A stretch of 28,251 bases of DNA from a virus (Duplodnaviria > Caudoviricetes). The notes beneath the pieces were generated by a model. The model was not told the DNA's origin and did no database searches. It worked only from the letters and a program-made list of their open reading frames with translations. The stretch lies in the IMG/VR virus record IMGVR_UViG_3300020044_007529, positions 1 through 28,251 of that record; one strand, written 5' to 3'. Shown piece after piece: positions 24,404 through 28,251 of this stretch. Each line of letters begins with the position of its first letter. Positions within the stretch are counted from its first letter, which is position 1. Both the position numbers and the translations under genes were made by a program.

Positions 24404-25902
24404 GGCGTCGGCTCCTCTTCGTTGTCTAATTCCATTGTCGCGGTGTTGTCAAGTTGACACGACCACCACGCCAGACGTCGCCGAGCGATGTCGATGTATT
24501 CCGGGGTGATGTCGATGCCAATGAACTGCATCCCCTCAACCATCGCCGCGCACCCCGTCGACCCGGAGCCCATGAACGGATCGAGGACGACGGCACCACG
24601 CGGTGCGACGAGGCGTATCATGTATCGCATCAAAGCGATGGGTTTCACGGTCGGGTGATGGTTGGCTCTGGGATGATTTGCTCTATCATTATCTCTCAGA
24701 GCTTTTACTCCTGACAGTTTTTTCTCTCCTCCCTGCAGTCCTATCTCGCGCTCCGACCGCGACGCCTTCGCCGTGTAGAAAAATCGAGAAGCGCCACCAG
24801 AGTCGCCGTGCGAAACATTCAAACCGCCGTCACCACCTAAACCAAACAAACCTGAAGACTCACGACGCCGACCTGGCTTACCGCTTTTCGTCACCCCGCT
24901 CTGCTCATCCAGCGCCGCCGCTGCCTCCTCGTCGAGGATGACGTTGGCTGGCCAGCGGCCGACACGTTGTGGCGTTATCATGTTGTGACGCTCAAATGTG
25001 CCAATCTTTGCTTGACCTGCTTTTTGCTCAGACAGCACCTCATCGCCCACCCTGCATCCATCGATGTTGAGCCCACCGGTGCCCCATTGCGCCACGTTGT
25101 CCGACACCGTGCCCCGCAGTGGCTTGCGCGCCAATATCGCCGGCTCGTACGCAGGTTTGAGCGCAGTGCCCCAGCCCTGCCACTCCTTGGCGAGCTCGGT
25201 GTTGGGTGCGGTGATGGCTTTTGTTGTGAAAGAAAACCGATTCTCGCCAAAACCACCCGGTGTCGATTTTTCGTCGTGATGACCTATGACCTCTCGCCGT
25301 TTGAAGTTCTCAGACGGTTTACCTTTTAATCCATTGAGTCGCCATACTTCCTTGTCCATTTCATCGTTTAAAGAGAGTAATTTTTTTAGTTCTAACCATT
25401 GATTCCACGTAGGTACTCTTGGTTTACTTCCTTCTGTCACTGTGAAAAATCCCTGTCCTATATTCACTGTTCCAAAATGTGTTTCTACTTCTGCACGACT
25501 GACGCATGCTTTTATGCGTGCATTCTCCAACCAATGCACAACACGTGCAATTTCTTCGCGGTTATCTTTCTGTTTATCCATCGCTTTCGATACATCCAGC
25601 GACTTTGGGAACCCGCTGCCATACAACCACATCAGACAGTCACGCACCTCGAAGCCAGCGTCCTCGATAGCCACCGCCAAGCGATGATAGGTCCGAGTAC
25701 CACCGAACGCGATGAGGTGCCCACCCGGTTTCAACACGCGCAAAGCCTCGACCCAAAAGTCGACACCGGGGACGCCATGGTCCCAGCCATTGCCCATAAA
25801 CGACAGCCCGTACGGAGGGTCGCACACGATGGCGTCAACAGACTCCGCTGGGAGCGTCGCCATCACGTCGCGACAGTCGCCGGTGTGCAGTGTGTAGGTC
25901 AT
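24400..25902 (-). CDS. DNA adenine/N4-cytosine methyltransferase (beta class)
   Basis: DPPY catalytic motif near the N-terminus; HPTVKP and DPFMGSGSTG SAM-binding motif near the C-terminus. Confidence 0.95.
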   Translation of the reverse strand: MTYTLHTGDCRDVMATLPAESVDAIVCDPPYGLSFMGNGWDHGVPGVDFWVEALRVLKPGGHLIAFGGTRTYHRLAVAIEDAGFEVRDCLMWLYGSGFPKSLDVSKAMDKQKDNREEIARVVHWLENARIKACVSRAEVETHFGTVNIGQGFFTVTEGSKPRVPTWNQWLELKKLLSLNDEMDKEVWRLNGLKGKPSENFKRREVIGHHDEKSTPGGFGENRFSFTTKAITAPNTELAKEWQGWGTALKPAYEPAILARKPLRGTVSDNVAQWGTGGLNIDGCRVGDEVLSEQKAGQAKIGTFERHNMITPQRVGRWPANVILDEEAAAALDEQSGVTKSGKPGRRRESSGLFGLGGDGGLNVSHGDSGGASRFFYTAKASRSEREIGLQGGEKKLSGVKALRDNDRANHPRANHHPTVKPIALMRYMIRLVAPRGAVVLDPFMGSGSTGCAAMVEGMQFIGIDITPEYIDIARRRLAWWSCQLDNTATMELDNEEEPTP

Positions 25903-26582
25903 CGTTCCCTCTTCGGCGTATCTTTGTGCTTCCATGCGTTCGCGCGGTAATCGTACGGTGACATCAACGGCTTTGCGTATTTCATTCCAAGACGGCGCGC
26001 GCGATGATACACCGAGAAACGCGACACACCAAGTTCCTTGGCGATTTGTTCAGCGGTCCGACCTCGCCACCACGCCGCGTCACTTGGCCAGACAACAACC
26101 GGTATATTGCGCTTCATGGCGTAGCCTTTGCGCCGTGCCCAAGCCTGCACGGTCTTGTACGGAGCGCCCAACAATTCCGCCATTTGTACCACGGTGCGCG
26201 CTTCCCAAAATTCGCGGCGTTCCGGGTACGATGCAATCGTTGGGCGTGATCCGGGCGAGTACTGGCGTGGCTTCGTGCGCTCCGTTTTCGCCCAGCGCCC
26301 TTTAATACATGCGATGCCGTTGCGCGTCACATGCTTATATGCCGCCGGGTAGGTCGCGCCGCAATCCTCTGCTATTTCCAACACGGTGCGCGATGCGTAG
26401 AACGCCGGGTCGCTTGGCCAATCGATGTACGTGCGCTGCGGTCCTTCCATGTCGCGCCGATGCATGTTCACCGCTCGCGAGGTAATGCCAAGCGCCAACG
26501 CGACGTACTTCGCCGTCATATTCGACCGCATCAACGCAATGACGCGGTCATCGTATCGCAGTGTCTGACCTTTTGGCATCAC
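25899..26582 (-). CDS. Tandem helix-turn-helix repeat protein B (N-terminal HTH plus 3 repeats)
   Basis: Repeats begin WPSDPAFY / YPERREFW / WPSDAAWW, each followed by an HTH; paralog of 4421-5221. Confidence 0.8.
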   Translation of the reverse strand: MMPKGQTLRYDDRVIALMRSNMTAKYVALALGITSRAVNMHRRDMEGPQRTYIDWPSDPAFYASRTVLEIAEDCGATYPAAYKHVTRNGIACIKGRWAKTERTKPRQYSPGSRPTIASYPERREFWEARTVVQMAELLGAPYKTVQAWARRKGYAMKRNIPVVVWPSDAAWWRGRTAEQIAKELGVSRFSVYHRARRLGMKYAKPLMSPYDYRANAWKHKDTPKRER

Positions 26583-27274
26583 TCCACCTTCCCCAGCGTG
26601 ACGCCGGTCTGACCTTGGTACTTGCCCCGCTTGTCAGCGTAGGTCACTGCTGGCCGTTCACCGCGAAAGAACATCACTTGCGCGATGCCATGATTGGCGT
26701 GTACCGTAATGTGGTGTGCAGTGGCATTGTGTAACTCGATGGTCAGCTGGCCAGTCCACCCCGGCTCCATCGGTGTGCAGTTGACGATGAGCCCGCACCG
26801 GGCATACGTCGATTTACCGACCACGATTCCAAGCACGTCCTCGGGAATGTTGAAGGTCTCGACCGAGCGACACAGCACGAATTGCCCCGGCCCTATCCGC
26901 GTGTAATCTTGGTGCTCGTAATGCTTCACCGCGTCGTCAATGCGCAGCGGGTCGACGTGTGAGTACGGAGCGTAGCGCACCCACTCATCCGCTACCCGCA
27001 TGTCGTAGCCAAACGACGTGACCCCGTAGCTAATGACGCCGGGCCGCTTCGCTCCTTCGGCGAACGGTGTGATCATGCCATTCTTTGCAAAGGCTGTAAT
27101 CTCGCGGTCATTCATAAGCCCCGTTGGGCCGAATCGTTCACGCAACCAAAGATACTGTTCTTTTGCGTTGACAAGCTGTTCTTCCATTGGCAATCTGTCG
27201 GCATCACTCATCTCTTCGCCTTTCCTTGCTTTCATCTGGTCTACCATTGCGTGCGCTCGGAGTTGCTCTTTCAT
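26579..27274 (-). CDS. dcd: dCTP deaminase with N-terminal extension (start uncertain)
   Basis: ISYGVTSFGYDMR, GKSTYARCG, PMEPGWTGQLTIE, GIAQVMF, YADKRGKYQGQTGV. Confidence 0.93.
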   Translation of the reverse strand: MKEQLRAHAMVDQMKARKGEEMSDADRLPMEEQLVNAKEQYLWLRERFGPTGLMNDREITAFAKNGMITPFAEGAKRPGVISYGVTSFGYDMRVADEWVRYAPYSHVDPLRIDDAVKHYEHQDYTRIGPGQFVLCRSVETFNIPEDVLGIVVGKSTYARCGLIVNCTPMEPGWTGQLTIELHNATAHHITVHANHGIAQVMFFRGERPAVTYADKRGKYQGQTGVTLGKVE

Positions 27275-27275
27275 C

Positions 27276-27644
27276 TCATTGCCAAACCGCTCGCCCGTCG
27301 TCATCGATGCGCATCCACTGCGACCAGCACGGCTGCGACGCGCGCCAATGCTTCCACCCTCGCCCATCACGCCATAACCGCAGGAACGCGTCGTATTGAT
27401 TCGCTGGCGTGTCGGTGTCGGCGTGCGTCCGACCTTGCAGCCACTCATACGTGGCGTCGTTGAATTGAAACAATCCGCCGTCTTTGGTTTCGCTTCGGCT
27501 GTGCATCGAGTAGGTACCATAGTTCAATCCGTCGCCAGATTCACACGACACAACGGCCGCGGCTTCGCGTGTCACTGCGAACGGCACAACGTTGCACTCG
27601 CCGCCGTCACATAGCAGGTACCAAAACAGTACTACCGTTCCCAT
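27276..27644 (-). CDS. Rpf-like lytic transglycosylase (lysozyme-like fold)
   Basis: VVSCESG catalytic Glu, GLFQFNDATY, TPANQ, GWKHW..C motifs; GAAGGAG RBS. Confidence 0.8.
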   Translation of the reverse strand: MGTVVLFWYLLCDGGECNVVPFAVTREAAAVVSCESGDGLNYGTYSMHSRSETKDGGLFQFNDATYEWLQGRTHADTDTPANQYDAFLRLWRDGRGWKHWRASQPCWSQWMRIDDDGRAVWQ

Positions 27645-27730
27645 CGTCGCTCCTTCAACACCATGCCAACGGTGATCGCGATGGTGGCCATTATGAATCC
27701 GGTGATGCATCCTGCGATGAATTCAAACAT
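27632..27730 (-). CDS. Small membrane protein, 32 aa (not in ORF track)
   Basis: MFEFIAGCITGFIMATIAITVGMVLKERRWER*; GAGG RBS; one TM helix and basic tail. Confidence 0.65.
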   Translation of the reverse strand: MFEFIAGCITGFIMATIAITVGMVLKERRWER

Positions 27731-27933
27731 TGTATTTCCTCTGCTAAGCATTGCAACTCATCGACAATCGCCGCCATGATTTCGTCAATTGTTGCGGTCA
27801 TTTCGCGACCGCGACACACGACTTCATCGTGTCCCTCGTCGGCCCGCTCCCGTACCATCATCCACCGCCCGGACTCGCCGACGTCCACGCGGTACCAGTG
27901 ACGCCCAATCAATTTCGTCCATTGCGTACGCAT
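27691..27933 (-). CDS. Hypothetical protein, 80 aa
   Basis: GGAGG RBS; overlaps the tail of the nuclease ORF. Confidence 0.6.
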   Translation of the reverse strand: MRTQWTKLIGRHWYRVDVGESGRWMMVRERADEGHDEVVCRGREMTATIDEIMAAIVDELQCLAEEIQCLNSSQDASPDS

Positions 27934-28219
27934 TGCGTAGTACCTCCATCACATCGAACACATCGTCGGCAGATCGCAGAACGAGCGCGGGGTACTCAAT
28001 CCAAGCGTCAAAGAATTCCCGTTGTTTTTTACTCAGTGACCCAACGGCGGTTTTTATCTCAACTAAGAATAACACGCCCCGATACCCGCACAGGACATCC
28101 GGAACGCCAGCGCCAGCGTTGGCGAGGTCGGCAACGATGCAACCATGGTAGGTCAGCGCGGCCACGATGGCCTTGTGGTTGGCGTCGCGGTGTTGGTTGC
28201 GGTGTTGATAAAACTTCAT
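27824..28219 (-). CDS. PD-(D/E)xK nuclease (VRR-NUC / Holliday junction resolvase-like)
   Basis: RDANH..GVPDVLCG..LVEIK..LSKKQREF motif; GGAGG RBS. Confidence 0.85.
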   Translation of the reverse strand: MKFYQHRNQHRDANHKAIVAALTYHGCIVADLANAGAGVPDVLCGYRGVLFLVEIKTAVGSLSKKQREFFDAWIEYPALVLRSADDVFDVMEVLRNAYAMDEIDWASLVPRGRRRVRAVDDGTGAGRRGTR

Positions 28220-28251
28220 TTCGTTCCCTCCGCGCGAAACACCATCATCAT
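28131..28251. repeat. Right copy of 121-bp terminal inverted repeat
   Basis: Reverse complement of 1-121; here it is the native RBS and 5' end of the nuclease gene. Confidence 0.97.

Noticed and set aside
26579-27520. 313-aa version of dCTP deaminase
   Set aside because: The extra N-terminal part overlaps the Rpf-like gene in another frame; a start near 27274 or later is more plausible
246-28151. Numerous plus-strand ORFs in the six-frame track (e.g. 902-1636, 2771-3574, 12307-13074)
   Set aside because: They are antisense shadows of well-supported minus-strand genes, without recognisable motifs

Overview
A near-complete ~28 kb genome of a tailed dsDNA phage (siphovirus-type, HK97-fold capsid), with essentially all credible genes on the minus strand. 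Read in transcription order (right to left): PD-(D/E)xK nuclease, Rpf-like transglycosylase, dCTP deaminase, tandem-HTH protein, DNA methyltransferase, lysis genes (amidase, holin-like proteins), terminase, portal, MuF with a C-terminal HExxH domain, head, neck and tail genes, a structured intergenic region, two sigma70-driven early modules of small genes (with a second tandem-HTH protein and a GNAT), a probable SSB-like protein, and a primase-SF3 helicase cut off at the left end. The first 121 bp are an exact inverted copy of the last 121 bp, probably an amplification or assembly chimera. I saw no integrase, DNA polymerase, tRNA or CRISPR array. An amidase endolysin, no recognisable spanins and an Rpf-like enzyme suggest a monoderm host (inference only). 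Most interesting: (1) two paralogous proteins built from variable ~47-aa 'WPxDPxWY-HTH' repeats, each directly upstream of a modifying enzyme; (2) an A-AAA-AAA-stop site whose -1 frame fuses portal to MuF-HExxH, followed by a small immunity-like ORF; (3) a conserved hairpin at the same position in both early modules; (4) a HiPIP-like 4-Cys domain in a head-module protein. All family calls come from motif recognition by eye, not database searches.
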